This document shows positions 1-11,174 of a DNA stretch of 54,306 bases, piece after piece (position 1 is the first letter of the stretch; each line of letters opens with the position of its first letter). Below the pieces are notes generated by a model. It did not search any database. It was given only the letters and a program-made list of their open reading frames with translations, and had not been told where the DNA came from. Made by a program: the position numbers and the translations under genes. The DNA is from Corallochytrium limacisporum Hawaii (taxonomy: Eukaryota; Protista; Pluriformea), in NCBI GenBank assembly GCA_002811645.1, contig PDIP01000256.1, positions 8,853 to 63,158 on the forward strand, given 5' to 3'.

Positions 1-738
1 TGGTTCAAGTCATGGTGGTAATAGATGCTCATATTTAATTTTTTTGTACGACTACGATGTGTTCAATGTCAAGCCAAAGTCAAAATAGTCCTTTTTTGAG
101 AGTAGCAGGGACTCTTCGTTTGAATCAGCTATTTAAATATTTGTGCATGATTGTTAAAAAGAGCAAAATATAATAAAATAGAATAGAATCAATATAAATT
201 AACCTACAATCAAGATTGAAAAAGATCCTCGGGAGTCAAGTTTTTCGGAGTTTTGACCCTGACATACCAGACAGAGGGTGGTAGAGTTACACTTGGGCAG
301 TCGACAAGTATAGTAACTCATTAGTGAATATTGTGCGCCACTGGTGACTTGTACGAACGTCCCATCACTTAGGCTTAGGCTGGCATCCTTTTCAAGTACT
401 ATCAGTACTGAAATTATGAAAGAAAGGGAGTGACGAAACTATACCGGGACAATGGGGCTCCCTAGTTGCTTCACTTGCCTTCGACACTTCGGCTGCTTTT
501 CATTTGATGCGGTGTGAGGAGGCCCCAGGCATTGCCGCACACACCGCATCGCGGCGCGAAAATCTGACTTATCAATCAAGCCGCACTAGGAAATTACAAA
601 ATGTCAGTATATAAATGTCAACTTCGAACCTCTCATACATAGAATCACAATCTAAAATTGAAATATATTTACAATCAACCTTGCTGTTCCCCTCCTCCCA
701 AAAGCGGCGCTTCTTAGAAGTCGAAAAGATTCAAAGTT

Positions 739-2006
739 TCAGACAGGGCTATTCCTATGGTCTTCCATGACTTTGGGCACCACAGTCATGTCTTCAATCA
801 TTCTCAGTGCGTGATAAACCTCGTCATCGTCCATACTCTTGAGCTTGCTGTTGATCTGGTGAAGCAGATAATCTGTACCAACCGCACTACTCAATAGGGC
901 TTTCGCAGCATTTCATGCGCACGTCGAAGTTCCAGTAGGTCCATAGATACTGGTCGATGCACTGACAAAGTTCCTGCGTGTGCTGCGCGTAGATCAAAGG
1001 GATTATGCGCAGCAAATGCAAGCAGCCCATCTGATGATCCTCTTTCAGACGACCCGTAATCAATGTGATCACTGTTCCCGGGAAGCCTCAGGTAATGTTG
1101 CCGAATGCCTGACGGAACCAAGGATCTGTACCTTGGTACACAAGTTTTACTACAACGTCAATGATCTGCTGATTGTACTGCCTTTCGGAGCAGAGGGCAA
1201 AAAGCACTCTGTGAGGATGTTGAAGAGTACCCTTCCTATGCAAATCTTTCACCTTCGCAATTGCTATCTGATCACGCACATTCCACTCACACAATATGAT
1301 GCTGGCCAAATCGCCAGTCTCTCGGCCCCGTCTGCGCTTGCCAGTTTCAAAGCATTCAGAATCTGAGGACGGCCTAGTGACACCTGTTTCATAAATACTT
1401 TGTCGTGCTCCTGGGCAGCCCCAGCGCGTACTTTTGGACATTGAGGTTTTTCACTGTTTTCCGCATGTATTCGAAGTAAATATTTTCGAACTCCTGCTCC
1501 CTCATGATGGAATCTTGTCCCTGATCCGATAAATGACTCACTGTCCTATTCTCTACATTGGACTTTGATATAGGATCGGGATTTTGTGGTAGTAGCCAAT
1601 CATATTGCTTGCTTCCTCTTGCTTGCTTTACCGAATGAAGATCCCGAGGAACAATTCTCTGTCCACTACCTTCACATCTAGTGCCTTTGACCAACTTATG
1701 CAGGAGGGCTGCTTCTTTGTTCCATTTTGTGCAATCTTCCATTGATGGATCTTCTTGTGATGCATTGCAAATCTGCCGGCAGTTTGGCCTAATTGTTCGC
1801 TCAATGCCACCCTTCATTGCTTGCCTAATCGCATCCCGCTTTCCGGGTTTCTCTCCCAGTTTAGCCGATAATTCAAAGAGGTCTGGGTTCAATTGCGATT
1901 TCATGCACCTGGAGAAATACCATAATGGAGCCATGGACTTCACCATTGCCGAATCAACCCGAAACCCTGTAGGTTGGACAGTGCGGACCGAAACCCTCTG
2001 ACCCAA
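739..2006 (-). pseudogene. Disrupted HEAT-repeat protein gene, tentatively HEATR4-like
   Basis: Consecutive minus-strand segments 1389-2006, 1088-1441, 887-1072 and about 739-900 join into one helical protein. They are separated by a frameshift near 1390, an in-frame TGA at 1088-1090 and a 1-nt insertion near 901. The repaired text LWTYWNFDVRMKCCEALLSSAVG..LLHQINSKL resembles the HEATR4 motif MWNDWNxEVRxAAAQALG, recalled from memory. Confidence 0.5.
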
Positions 2007-2523
2007 CTCTTGTGCGAACTGTCACCCTCACATTAAGCTACCCGGTGCGCAGGCGAGTCTCCAAGGGAATCTTGGGGGAATTTGAAGGGAAGCATCTATT
2101 GTTAGAAATGCTCCATGTATAAATTTTAACACTATCTCTGTAGCCATCGCACGGGAATTATTTGATATACTAATGGTTTGGATCCTTGAAACCGTCCGGC
2201 GTGGAAAATTCAGTGCTGCGAGTCTGTAGAAACGATAGCGAATGTACGGCCAATGCGCCGCTCTGCGCAGAGAGCGGTCTGAAGCCGGGTCCCCTTCTGG
2301 GGGAAGGGGAGGTTGGCCCCACATGACCGACCACCAGATGGGCCAGCCTGTCCAAGGGGTGTTGATTGCTGGGTCGTCTACCCCAGCTATTTCGGACATG
2401 ATGGTCCGTCTCCTATGACTACGGAGATGCATTCAATCAGACGTGTGACATGTTTGAATCAGTGTGTTGTACAAGGACTTGACGTCAACAATGTAGTCAG
2501 TGACAGAGCGGAAGCCTCAAACT

Positions 2524-5500
2524 ATGACGCGAAAGCGGGAGAGGACTTTGTCCGCAGATGGACATCTTGCAAAGAAGAAAGTGGGATCTGCAAACAATGT
2601 CCTTGGATTGTATGCGCAACTCAAGGCTGCCATGGAGACAGCAACCTTGTCAGAACAGACACTGAAACTGAAAGCGCTGAATGAAGAATTGCTTGCAGCA
2701 AAGACATCTGGAACTCTGATGATAGCAGTTGAAGGGATCCTGGAGCAAGAGCGCAAGAACAAGGCCATTGAAGGCCCTATGGTTGGCTTGGGTGGATTTA
2801 TCACCACATCAGTCGTGAATCAGACACCTGTGCCCGTAGAATGTTGGTGTCTGCTCTTGATTTGGCTTCAGACCCTCACGCATTTGACCGAAGAGAAGTT
2901 CACGGCTGAGTACACCAAGGATCTCATCCAGAATGCTGGGGTGGCCATCCAAAGAGATTTAGGACGGTCAAAGTCGGTGTCATCAGCTTGTTACATTCTT
3001 CATTTGCTGAAGACTATCATTGTATTGGTACCTAGCGTAGCAGCAGGGATGCTGCGACAGATTCCTATAGATAAGTATTCCTTGCAGAAATGGCTGCGCA
3101 ATCGGGAAGAAGTGGTCATTGAATGTCTGAGCGACTTGCCGACATCGCCACGCCGGGAATATCTTATGTGGATTGCCTCAGCGATGCAGGCATCGGGGCA
3201 ATCCCTACGCATTCTTCTCGGCAAGCAGAACACCTTTGTTACTGTGGTGGAAGGTATTGCCGCGGATTCTGCTAGGGATGCTGTAGAGTTTTTGACAAGT
3301 GTCAAGTCTGCTATGTTGTCGACGGGGCGAGAGTCTGTGCAGCTACTGCGGTCATTTGCCTCTACTGAGGTTTGCTGCGCTTTAATCGACAGTTTGGCAG
3401 CTGCAGAGGATGTTGCACAAGCGGAAAACGGAATCACATCGGGTCCGGTGATTCATGAGATTATTGGTCTTACTTCACTGCTGTTGTCATCAGTGCACTA
3501 CGTGGAAAATGTAGAGGATCCCCCTTCAAATGACAGGCACGTGAATGTAGTCCTGTTAAACCTAGTCAAGCACATTGCAGGCAAGCACCTTCGCAGTGAC
3601 CGTAGCTTTGAAATTCTCCTTTCAATTGTGCATCACGTGCCGAGTATATGCTTGCCTTTTTGCCAGCAATTTCAACTGACGTTTGACACAAGCCAACCAG
3701 AAGTCTGCCTGTTGCGTTTGGTTCGCTGTCAGAAAGTTGTAGGTGCCCTGCTCAGTAGTCCGATGGATGAACATTTTGTGACGAGAGTTTTGCCCTTCGG
3801 TATCACTCGTCCGGTTCTCCTCAGACTGCTTCAGAGCAAGAATCTGGCGGTCAGACTAGCAAGTCTCTTGCTCCTTCATTCCATTGCTTCTCAGTTTATG
3901 AGGCAGATAGCCAGTATAGATGCGCACTCGAAGCGCAAAGGTCTGGATGGCATTCGAGCGGGCAATCGGAAAAGAATATCGCTGGTTTCCAGCTTCAAGG
4001 CCAAAGTGTTTAACTGGCCTGAACTTTCTGGCTTCTGCAAAAACCCAAAAAGTATCGTAGACGTGGAATGGACATTTGTACTGAACATAGCGACGATTGG
4101 AATTCAAATGGATGCAGACCACGCGGACGACATAAGAAGCATCATTGCGCCCACCCTTCAATACCTGCAGCCTGCGCTCAAGGGTGAAGACCGTATAGTT
4201 CTTGCTGGGGCGCTCCAAAGGTCACTCTACACGACCCTCTCTGAAATGGGAATCGAGTTTCTGCGCTCGAAAAGAAAAGCCTTGTGCGCCATTGTGACAG
4301 AGGACCTCTTGAATCCTGCTATTGACCAAATGGTAGTTCTGGCTTTGAAGCAATTTATGGTGGTTTGGTGGACCGCCGAGGGACAAAGAGGGTTCGAAAT
4401 GGTACAATTCTGTGACAGAACTCTGTTGGAGGCAAAAAGGTCAAATTTCAACGAAAGCGAGCTCCGTGAGAAGATCAAATCTGTATTCCTAAATCCTGGC
4501 AACGCTGACATATGCGGAGATTGTGACAATTACACATCACACGATATTTCAGCTTTCACCAGGATATATGAATATGAGGCACACATTGGCTCCTCAGACG
4601 TCCTGAAAACTGCCGACCTCTTATCCGTTGCACGGGCAGCCAAGGCAGTGGGTGAGAATGAAAGGCTACAGTCAGTAGTATACCATACAGTTCGAAAGAT
4701 GCAGAGCGAAATATCCTCCAAGAATGTCGTTACTATACTTTCTGAACTTCTAAACAACGCACAGAGCGGAGAATCGAATACCAATCTCCGACTGGCGTGT
4801 ACTACTGCTATTTCAATTCTTTCAAAAGCAGAATTGAATTTAGTCAATACTCTTGAGCCTACATTGAAATTGATATTTGACCTGATATTGAATTCAACGG
4901 ACGAGCAGAATTTACTTGGGATTGTGGGGCTCGCACGGTGTGGCTTGGCAAACGCATCGGCGGCCGAATTGCTGTCAATTTTGCCACACACGTGCAAGCT
5001 AGCCTTGACTGAACAGCTTAACAAGTGTTCTTTGTTTCATAGGGCTTCCAGACCGGATTCCGAAATTGCTGTGAAAATAAGCTTCAATGCAGCACAATTT
5101 ACACACTGTTGTAATTGTCAATTGAATTCAGGTGACATGGAAAGACACATTGTTGGCCAATTTTCTGATAACGGGGGTGGGTTTTCCATTTTCCCTGTTT
5201 GTGTCAATGAAATCTGGAAGCTCCTGGAAAACATTACGAATTTAGTATCAGAAATCAATGAGAGCTCTGAAACCCCGGCTATGCTGGCGTCAAAGTGTGA
5301 TATATTGTTCACACTCCTCCAAGTCGATGCCATTGTTGAGGATGGGGAAGTTTTGGCCTCTATGCGAACGATTCTGTTAGCTTTGGGCAAGCATGTCAGT
5401 GAATCCATTGACAACCTGACAAGTCCCTTAGGTTCGAAGTTTATTTTACTGCTACTCAAGAACTATGGTGGTACCTGGCAGGCCCAAGACTGTCTGTGTA

Positions 5501-7074
5501 GTGAAGCGTTGTTTGCAGTCGAAATGGGAATTTACAAGCTGCCTACCGCCACCCAAGGTGTCTCTTTGGTGGCTCTGTCAAAACGCCTACTGGAAGCCAA
5601 AAGGGAAGAAGAAGACTTGGAAGGTGACACTGCTGCGCAGAGTCTGATCACCCTAGCAGATATTCTGATGCAGAATGCACCCAATGACATCATGAAAATG
5701 TTTGATGTGCGTCACCTGTCTGCATCATGGAAGGCACAGTACACTGCGGAAGGTCATTACAATGCGGACTTTACCCTGCTTGTACTCAGTTTTATCATCG
5801 ATGATCCGTCAGCCATGGATTTGAAACTGTTCTTCGTTCGACCGTGGTTCTCTTGTCTGATGACCCTCCTTACAGTGTCCAGTAGAGACATGCGGCAGGC
5901 AGCCTACGATCTACTCGCTCTCTTGCACGAGCGTGTCGCAGGTGACAAGGCTCTCAAGGAAGGCAAGCAAATTGGCAATTTGCTGGAAAGCATGCGCAGG
6001 ACGATCACAGTACCCTTGATGCGTTTGCCAATGTTTTTAACCACATGGTATGCAGAGATTGCCACCATTTTGTGCCAGCCACTGCATCCTCTGTATCCCT
6101 TTGCAGGCCATGCCATCAATGCCCGGGCCTATTTTGATCCTTCAGACATTCCCATGGGCCACGAGGCCTTGAATAGCGGTGACTCAGACGCTGGGCCTGT
6201 ACTCGAAAGGTTTATTCTGGACATTATCACAGTTGCAACAAATGAAGCCGACTTGGCAATGATTGCGAAGCACCATTACCTGGAACTCGCTCTGGCCAAC
6301 GTACTCTCGCAAGCACAGCAGACTAACGGTCTTGACCAGCTGCTGGACTACGTGGAACGGTGCATAGCCGGTGTGGGACAGGCCTTTGTGTTTGACTTCG
6401 TGAGGCAGGGCGGACTTCAGCTCTTAATGGCTGCTCTGAGTGAGATCGGCAAGCTCAAACACCGACGGGTAGGTCTGGTGGCTAGTGCTGTGCTGGCAAT
6501 TGCTGGCAATCGTAAGCTTCTGCATACCAACCATGAGCAGATTCGTGCACTGTGTGCCAAAATTGAGGCTGTTGTGGTCCAAGAATCTGGCCTGCTGGAG
6601 GCCCAGGACCCCAGTGCTCTACTCAGCATCATGAACCTTCTTACCCGAGAAAACTGCCATTCTACTGCTGATGCAGTGCAGTCTCTGCACGCTGCACTTA
6701 TCGCCATTGGCTATGATAGTGCAGTCGCTTTGGAAGAGAATGTGAAGCGTTTGGTACTCTTCCCTGGCATTGTTCACAGACTGTTGGGCGAACTTCAGAG
6801 TGTGCAACCGTGTCTGCTAGCGGCTACTTTCTTGCTCCGCTGGCTGTCTAGCAGCATCCGCAGGGCCAGTTCTGCGCCCGTGGATGACATGAACACTTGC
6901 GGGGCGGTCCTCAATGTCCTTCTGACCCATTTGCAGGAGAAACAGAGTCTCGATCAAATCAAGGCGCACATGGTGGTTGCCGAGGTCTTAGCCACCAGAG
7001 AATTGCGCGATGATTCACCATGTAGGACAATGATAGAAACACATCTGTCGAGCTACTTTCAAGTAAATGGTTAG
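2524..7074 (+). CDS. URB1: Nucleolar pre-ribosomal-associated protein 1 (URB1/Npa1), large HEAT-like 60S biogenesis factor
   Basis: About 1516-aa helical ORF, first ATG at 2524. C-terminal NopRA1-like segment LSSRDMRQAAYDLL...LPMFLTTWYAEIATILCQPLHPLYP...FDPSDIPM. Confidence 0.75.
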   Translation: MTRKRERTLSADGHLAKKKVGSANNVLGLYAQLKAAMETATLSEQTLKLKALNEELLAAKTSGTLMIAVEGILEQERKNKAIEGPMVGLGGFITTSVVNQTPVPVECWCLLLIWLQTLTHLTEEKFTAEYTKDLIQNAGVAIQRDLGRSKSVSSACYILHLLKTIIVLVPSVAAGMLRQIPIDKYSLQKWLRNREEVVIECLSDLPTSPRREYLMWIASAMQASGQSLRILLGKQNTFVTVVEGIAADSARDAVEFLTSVKSAMLSTGRESVQLLRSFASTEVCCALIDSLAAAEDVAQAENGITSGPVIHEIIGLTSLLLSSVHYVENVEDPPSNDRHVNVVLLNLVKHIAGKHLRSDRSFEILLSIVHHVPSICLPFCQQFQLTFDTSQPEVCLLRLVRCQKVVGALLSSPMDEHFVTRVLPFGITRPVLLRLLQSKNLAVRLASLLLLHSIASQFMRQIASIDAHSKRKGLDGIRAGNRKRISLVSSFKAKVFNWPELSGFCKNPKSIVDVEWTFVLNIATIGIQMDADHADDIRSIIAPTLQYLQPALKGEDRIVLAGALQRSLYTTLSEMGIEFLRSKRKALCAIVTEDLLNPAIDQMVVLALKQFMVVWWTAEGQRGFEMVQFCDRTLLEAKRSNFNESELREKIKSVFLNPGNADICGDCDNYTSHDISAFTRIYEYEAHIGSSDVLKTADLLSVARAAKAVGENERLQSVVYHTVRKMQSEISSKNVVTILSELLNNAQSGESNTNLRLACTTAISILSKAELNLVNTLEPTLKLIFDLILNSTDEQNLLGIVGLARCGLANASAAELLSILPHTCKLALTEQLNKCSLFHRASRPDSEIAVKISFNAAQFTHCCNCQLNSGDMERHIVGQFSDNGGGFSIFPVCVNEIWKLLENITNLVSEINESSETPAMLASKCDILFTLLQVDAIVEDGEVLASMRTILLALGKHVSESIDNLTSPLGSKFILLLLKNYGGTWQAQDCLCSEALFAVEMGIYKLPTATQGVSLVALSKRLLEAKREEEDLEGDTAAQSLITLADILMQNAPNDIMKMFDVRHLSASWKAQYTAEGHYNADFTLLVLSFIIDDPSAMDLKLFFVRPWFSCLMTLLTVSSRDMRQAAYDLLALLHERVAGDKALKEGKQIGNLLESMRRTITVPLMRLPMFLTTWYAEIATILCQPLHPLYPFAGHAINARAYFDPSDIPMGHEALNSGDSDAGPVLERFILDIITVATNEADLAMIAKHHYLELALANVLSQAQQTNGLDQLLDYVERCIAGVGQAFVFDFVRQGGLQLLMAALSEIGKLKHRRVGLVASAVLAIAGNRKLLHTNHEQIRALCAKIEAVVVQESGLLEAQDPSALLSIMNLLTRENCHSTADAVQSLHAALIAIGYDSAVALEENVKRLVLFPGIVHRLLGELQSVQPCLLAATFLLRWLSSSIRRASSAPVDDMNTCGAVLNVLLTHLQEKQSLDQIKAHMVVAEVLATRELRDDSPCRTMIETHLSSYFQVNG

Positions 7075-7141
7075 CAAATAGTGTACTTATATGTATGTAG
7101 GTATGAAACGTTGCTGATGATATAGGTCGATATGAATTGTG

Positions 7142-8398
7142 TCATTGAATGGTGCAGGACCGGTCTTCCAGTTCTTTCCTGTCCTTTTTCGTCTTGCTTT
7201 CCACGGATTGTTCGTCCTTGTCCTTGTGAGCACCAGTGGTCTCGTCAGGCGTCCTATTTGCCGCAGCAAACTGAGGATCATTGCCCCACAAATCATCTCG
7301 CTCTGGTGCCTGAAAGGTCTCCACCTGAATGACCTCACGGGGCGCTGGAAGGTCCACAGCCTTCTCTGGTACCTTTTGGTGATACAGGAAATCATTTTCC
7401 CGCTTGGCCTTGTCAGTACTGACCCTCAGTTCCCGCTCAAAGCGATGATAGAACTCTCCGTTCGTAAGGCGCTGAACGTTGCGAGGGTTAGCACCGACTG
7501 CGCGGCACATGCGTTCAATATCTAAGGCAGCCTGAGAGCCACTCTGACAGCTCTTGATGGCAGCTCCGCTTTTCTCTTGTTTCAGCAATATGTTACCATG
7601 GTACGCATAGGCATAACCTTGGTACATCTTCTCTTTCACAGCACTATAAAACATTAAATCTTTTGCATTCACACTCTTGAATCCGTTCTTTGTCTCCGCA
7701 AATTTCATTGCTGTATCATTGGCAATGGATGAAATCAAAGAAGGATCGTGTTTGACATCAATTGCCTTATAGATACTGAGCTCCTGTGCCTGGGCCTTAC
7801 AAAGAAGAGCATACATCTCAGACACCTTGGGATCCGTGTCTGAGGAAGTCTCAGGGCTCACCAAGCTCGCAGATGCCAGATACTGGAAAATTGCTGCTGC
7901 GGTCTTTAGAGCATTAACTGCCTCTGAGAGGTCCCGTTCCAGTATAGCATTTGATTCAGTAAGGAATGCTGCCCGTCGCATGTGATACAAAGCCATGTTC
8001 ATAAGGACACTTGCCATTTCAAAGCCAATGTCAGATCGGGATGTTGTCAACTTTGCACTGAAGGTGTTGCTCCACACAAATTTTACCACCTTATTGGGGG
8101 TTTTTGGAGGGGTCCCTTCCTCTTCATGTTCACCATTGGCTGCTGAGAAGCCCTTCAGGAGCCTTAGGTACGCCTTGCCTGCCTCCATGACTTCTGCCTG
8201 CGGTGTCGGCTCTCCACCTGCTTGATCAACACGTATGCTTGCATTCTTCGCCAGTGCATTAAGAAAGTCTGTTCGGCGCTTCTGCAGTCCGAGGACGATG
8301 TCTTTCGCTGGAGAATTCTTCGCATAGGCCGAGAGCCTGGCTTTGAAATCAACCTGAGCAGTCCGCTTCATTTGCGGAAAGTACATGGCAAACGACAT
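7142..8398 (-). CDS. BROX: BRO1-domain and CaaX-containing protein BROX
   Basis: Bro1 motifs (FVWSNT, FEMASVLMNMA, AQAQEL, KAKRENDFLYHQKVP), no V domain, C-terminal CaaX CTIQ. Confidence 0.88.
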   Translation of the reverse strand: MSFAMYFPQMKRTAQVDFKARLSAYAKNSPAKDIVLGLQKRRTDFLNALAKNASIRVDQAGGEPTPQAEVMEAGKAYLRLLKGFSAANGEHEEEGTPPKTPNKVVKFVWSNTFSAKLTTSRSDIGFEMASVLMNMALYHMRRAAFLTESNAILERDLSEAVNALKTAAAIFQYLASASLVSPETSSDTDPKVSEMYALLCKAQAQELSIYKAIDVKHDPSLISSIANDTAMKFAETKNGFKSVNAKDLMFYSAVKEKMYQGYAYAYHGNILLKQEKSGAAIKSCQSGSQAALDIERMCRAVGANPRNVQRLTNGEFYHRFERELRVSTDKAKRENDFLYHQKVPEKAVDLPAPREVIQVETFQAPERDDLWGNDPQFAAANRTPDETTGAHKDKDEQSVESKTKKDRKELEDRSCTIQ

Positions 8399-8786
8399 GG
8401 TTGATGATGAATTCTAGACTATCCCGTAATAGTAGACATATCCTCGGCCAAACATCAGCGATAGTGGTTCCATGACTATGCCTTTTGTGATTCAAAGAGT
8501 CTACGAAGGATGTAGTCCCAAGTAGCATATCAACCGCTACCATGGCCCTTTGCCATGGCCCAAATGGGGCTTTGTCCCCTAGTCCCCCGGGGTTCCGTCC
8601 GCCGTGTTTGCCCTTTTGCTAAGTTGTGGGTCTCGGGGGGCGGGTTTTAGGGTTTTGAACGTCTTTCATGTAGCGGTATGACTTGGGGTGTCCGACGTTG
8701 GGAGAAAACACAAGCGAATTACAGAACGACTGACATCACAGGGCGGGAAGCACATAAGGACGCGTGGGGTTCTGATCCGAGTCAAA

Positions 8787-8820
8787 GTTTAATAGTGAGT
8801 GCGAGCACACACTATTAAAC
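8787..8820. other. 34-bp near-perfect palindrome/hairpin
   Basis: GTTTAATAGTG-A-GTGC-GA-GCAC-A-CACTATTAAAC, about 100 bp upstream of the methyltransferase ATG. Confidence 0.7.
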
Positions 8821-8919
8821 AGTGGGATATAGGGATGTTTTCATTGGTATTCGAACCACGCCACTATTCACGTCCAACGTCCAAGCTTCACGTTCAGGTT
8901 GCTTCAGATAGTGTTCACA

Positions 8920-9645
8920 ATGGCACACTACAACATTCTTGCAGAAAACTTTGATGAGTCCTGGGCCTTTGAACGGCAGTATGAAGAAGCGTTTGGAAAG
9001 GATCTTGTGCCGATCATGGGCCTCAAAGAGGGAGATGAGTTTGCAGATATTGGCGGAGGCACCGGTGAATGGACCCTCGCTATTCTCAAGGAATCAGGAC
9101 TTGGAAAGGAGAGGACTGTGGTAGTGGATCCTTTCCCGGAGATGCTGACGGTTGCTGAGCAAAAACGTGGATTGAAGACCTGTTGCCTTGGTGCTGAAGA
9201 GTACGTGAAGACGGCCTCCATCGATAAAGTGCTTATGAAGGAGGTGGTCCACCACATTGAAGACCTGGATACATATCTGGTAAACCTGTACAAGGCACTG
9301 CGACCGAAAGGCCGGGCAGTCATTATCACGAGGCCCACGCGCACTGAATTTCCCTTCTTTGAGGCTGCTCATGGGACCTTTGCGGACTCCCAGCCGGACA
9401 AGTCCGTTTACACAACGGCAGCAGAGAAAGCTGGATTCAGTGTTAAAGTTGAGGATCGGCCCTATCCGGTGGTGATCAAACGCGATGTATGGTACAAGAT
9501 GCTTCGCAGTCGTTTCATGAGCACCCTACGAGATTTTACAGAGGAAGAAGTGGAGGCTGGCATTGCAGATCTCGATCGATCCACTGCTGGCCAGGACTTT
9601 CATTTCAACGAAATATTCGTGGTGATAACTATGGAAAAGAAATAG
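8920..9645 (+). CDS. Class I SAM-dependent methyltransferase (UbiE/Methyltransf_11-like)
   Basis: Motif I FADIGGGTG, VVDPFPEML, DKVLMKEVVHH, LYKALRPKG. ATG at 8920 in ACAATG context. Confidence 0.88.
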   Translation: MAHYNILAENFDESWAFERQYEEAFGKDLVPIMGLKEGDEFADIGGGTGEWTLAILKESGLGKERTVVVDPFPEMLTVAEQKRGLKTCCLGAEEYVKTASIDKVLMKEVVHHIEDLDTYLVNLYKALRPKGRAVIITRPTRTEFPFFEAAHGTFADSQPDKSVYTTAAEKAGFSVKVEDRPYPVVIKRDVWYKMLRSRFMSTLRDFTEEEVEAGIADLDRSTAGQDFHFNEIFVVITMEKK

Positions 9646-9699
9646 AAAACGTGCGCATAGGAATATTACGTCATTCTTTAATTGATGGAATTCAGAATT

Positions 9700-10629
9700 T
9701 CAATTTAAGGTGTGGATCAGGTCCCGTACACTAGCGTCGTCGTAATCCAATTCTTGTGCACACTGTTCAGCGATAGCTCGTACATCGTTCTCCTGCAGAG
9801 CAGACATCACAGCCTCCTTGTCGTGGTCTTTGGAGACCGTCAATATGGAGTTCAGCAGATTGACGCATGTTACCCGCAATTGCAAACCATCAAAACTAAG
9901 CATGCTGATGATAGACGACACGTTCTTAGACAGTGACTCAATGGACTCCGGATATAGCCGTAGCAGCTTCGACAGGACGTGGCAGACCTTGAATGCCAGC
10001 GATGCGTTCTCCGCACTCCGGTCGTTTCCCAACATAATGAGCAGCTCTACGCCACCCACGTTGGCCACATACTTGGCATGCTCAGCATTGTCGTCAAAGA
10101 AGGCACTGATGGCGGAAACGGCACGTGTGCGGACCTCGAATGAGTTGTCATCAGTTGCCAATTTCATAAAGTCCTTCAGCATGCCATGATTCATGACATG
10201 TGCTTGACAAGTATTATTGTTTTGCATAGCTGTCGCTTCAACCCAGAGGGCACCGCTACGAATAGATTCATATTCGCTTTCAAACTGTTCCCGAAGAGCC
10301 TCGTGTACACCAAACTTGTCTAACGAGTTTGCGTTGTCAATCAGGTCTACGAGTTGGAGCAGATTGTCAAGAGCAAGTTCCTTTTCTTCCGTGTTTGTGC
10401 TCTGGTCTTCCAGTATGTCTCTGGATTCGCACATGACCTGCGCGTCTGTCTTCTTCCCCTCTCTAATATCAAGAATATTTGCACGGTCTCGGTCTCGACC
10501 AGGTCTACTTGGTCCCTGCGCAGCTATCGACCACTGCAAGATCTCCTGCAGGCGCTCACTGTCTCCAGGGAGGAGTAGTGGGATGTCTTCTATTCTGTTG
10601 TCTGCGGTCATGTTAAATCTATACCACAT
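9700..10629 (-). CDS. HSPBP1: Hsp70 nucleotide-exchange factor Fes1/HSPBP1 (armadillo repeats)
   Basis: LQEILQWSI; KELALDNLLQLVDLIDNANSL; ATAMQNNNTCQ; VRTRAVSAISA. The start may instead be the second ATG at 10611. Confidence 0.88.
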   Translation of the reverse strand: MWYRFNMTADNRIEDIPLLLPGDSERLQEILQWSIAAQGPSRPGRDRDRANILDIREGKKTDAQVMCESRDILEDQSTNTEEKELALDNLLQLVDLIDNANSLDKFGVHEALREQFESEYESIRSGALWVEATAMQNNNTCQAHVMNHGMLKDFMKLATDDNSFEVRTRAVSAISAFFDDNAEHAKYVANVGGVELLIMLGNDRSAENASLAFKVCHVLSKLLRLYPESIESLSKNVSSIISMLSFDGLQLRVTCVNLLNSILTVSKDHDKEAVMSALQENDVRAIAEQCAQELDYDDASVRDLIHTLN

Positions 10630-11174
10630 GTGATAAGAATGTTCAACAATAGTCCGTAGAACTTAGTACAGCGCTAGCGGACTCCTTAAGTACTTGCAGG
10701 GTAGGTGGCCTCCCGGGGCGGATCGTGCCGTTTGGTGCCCGCCGCTCTACTGGTGGGTACACCTGGTCATTCGTTTAAAGTATATGCAATTCCCCTATAA
10801 TAAGCTACTAATGCAAGAAAACTTTCATACACCATACATGTGGAACACCTAAGGACCATTCGAGGCCATTCGGGAACACATTGCTTGGTCGGGAGGGGGG
10901 CCAAAATTCCTCGCCAGTGAATGAGGGGGATTCCCGGACGCATAGCCAGTGCTATTGGAAACGGTATACTGACTGGGAGGGCTAAAGGTTTCCCGTCAGC
11001 CGGCGTCCAGCTGGTACTTCATTCACCGCCTGGAATCTGCAATAAATTACTGCAAATACGCTATACGTGCCTAAGAAGTGCAGACTTGCTCTCTTTCTCT
11101 CTTTCAGGTCTGTACAGAGCGTTCAAAGAATGACTTCCGGCTCCAGAAAATAGCGATACCATTTGAGCACAGAA

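Noticed and set aside
8846-8862. tRNA or B-box at TTCGAACC (also 40143)
   Set aside because: No T-stem pairing or cloverleaf.
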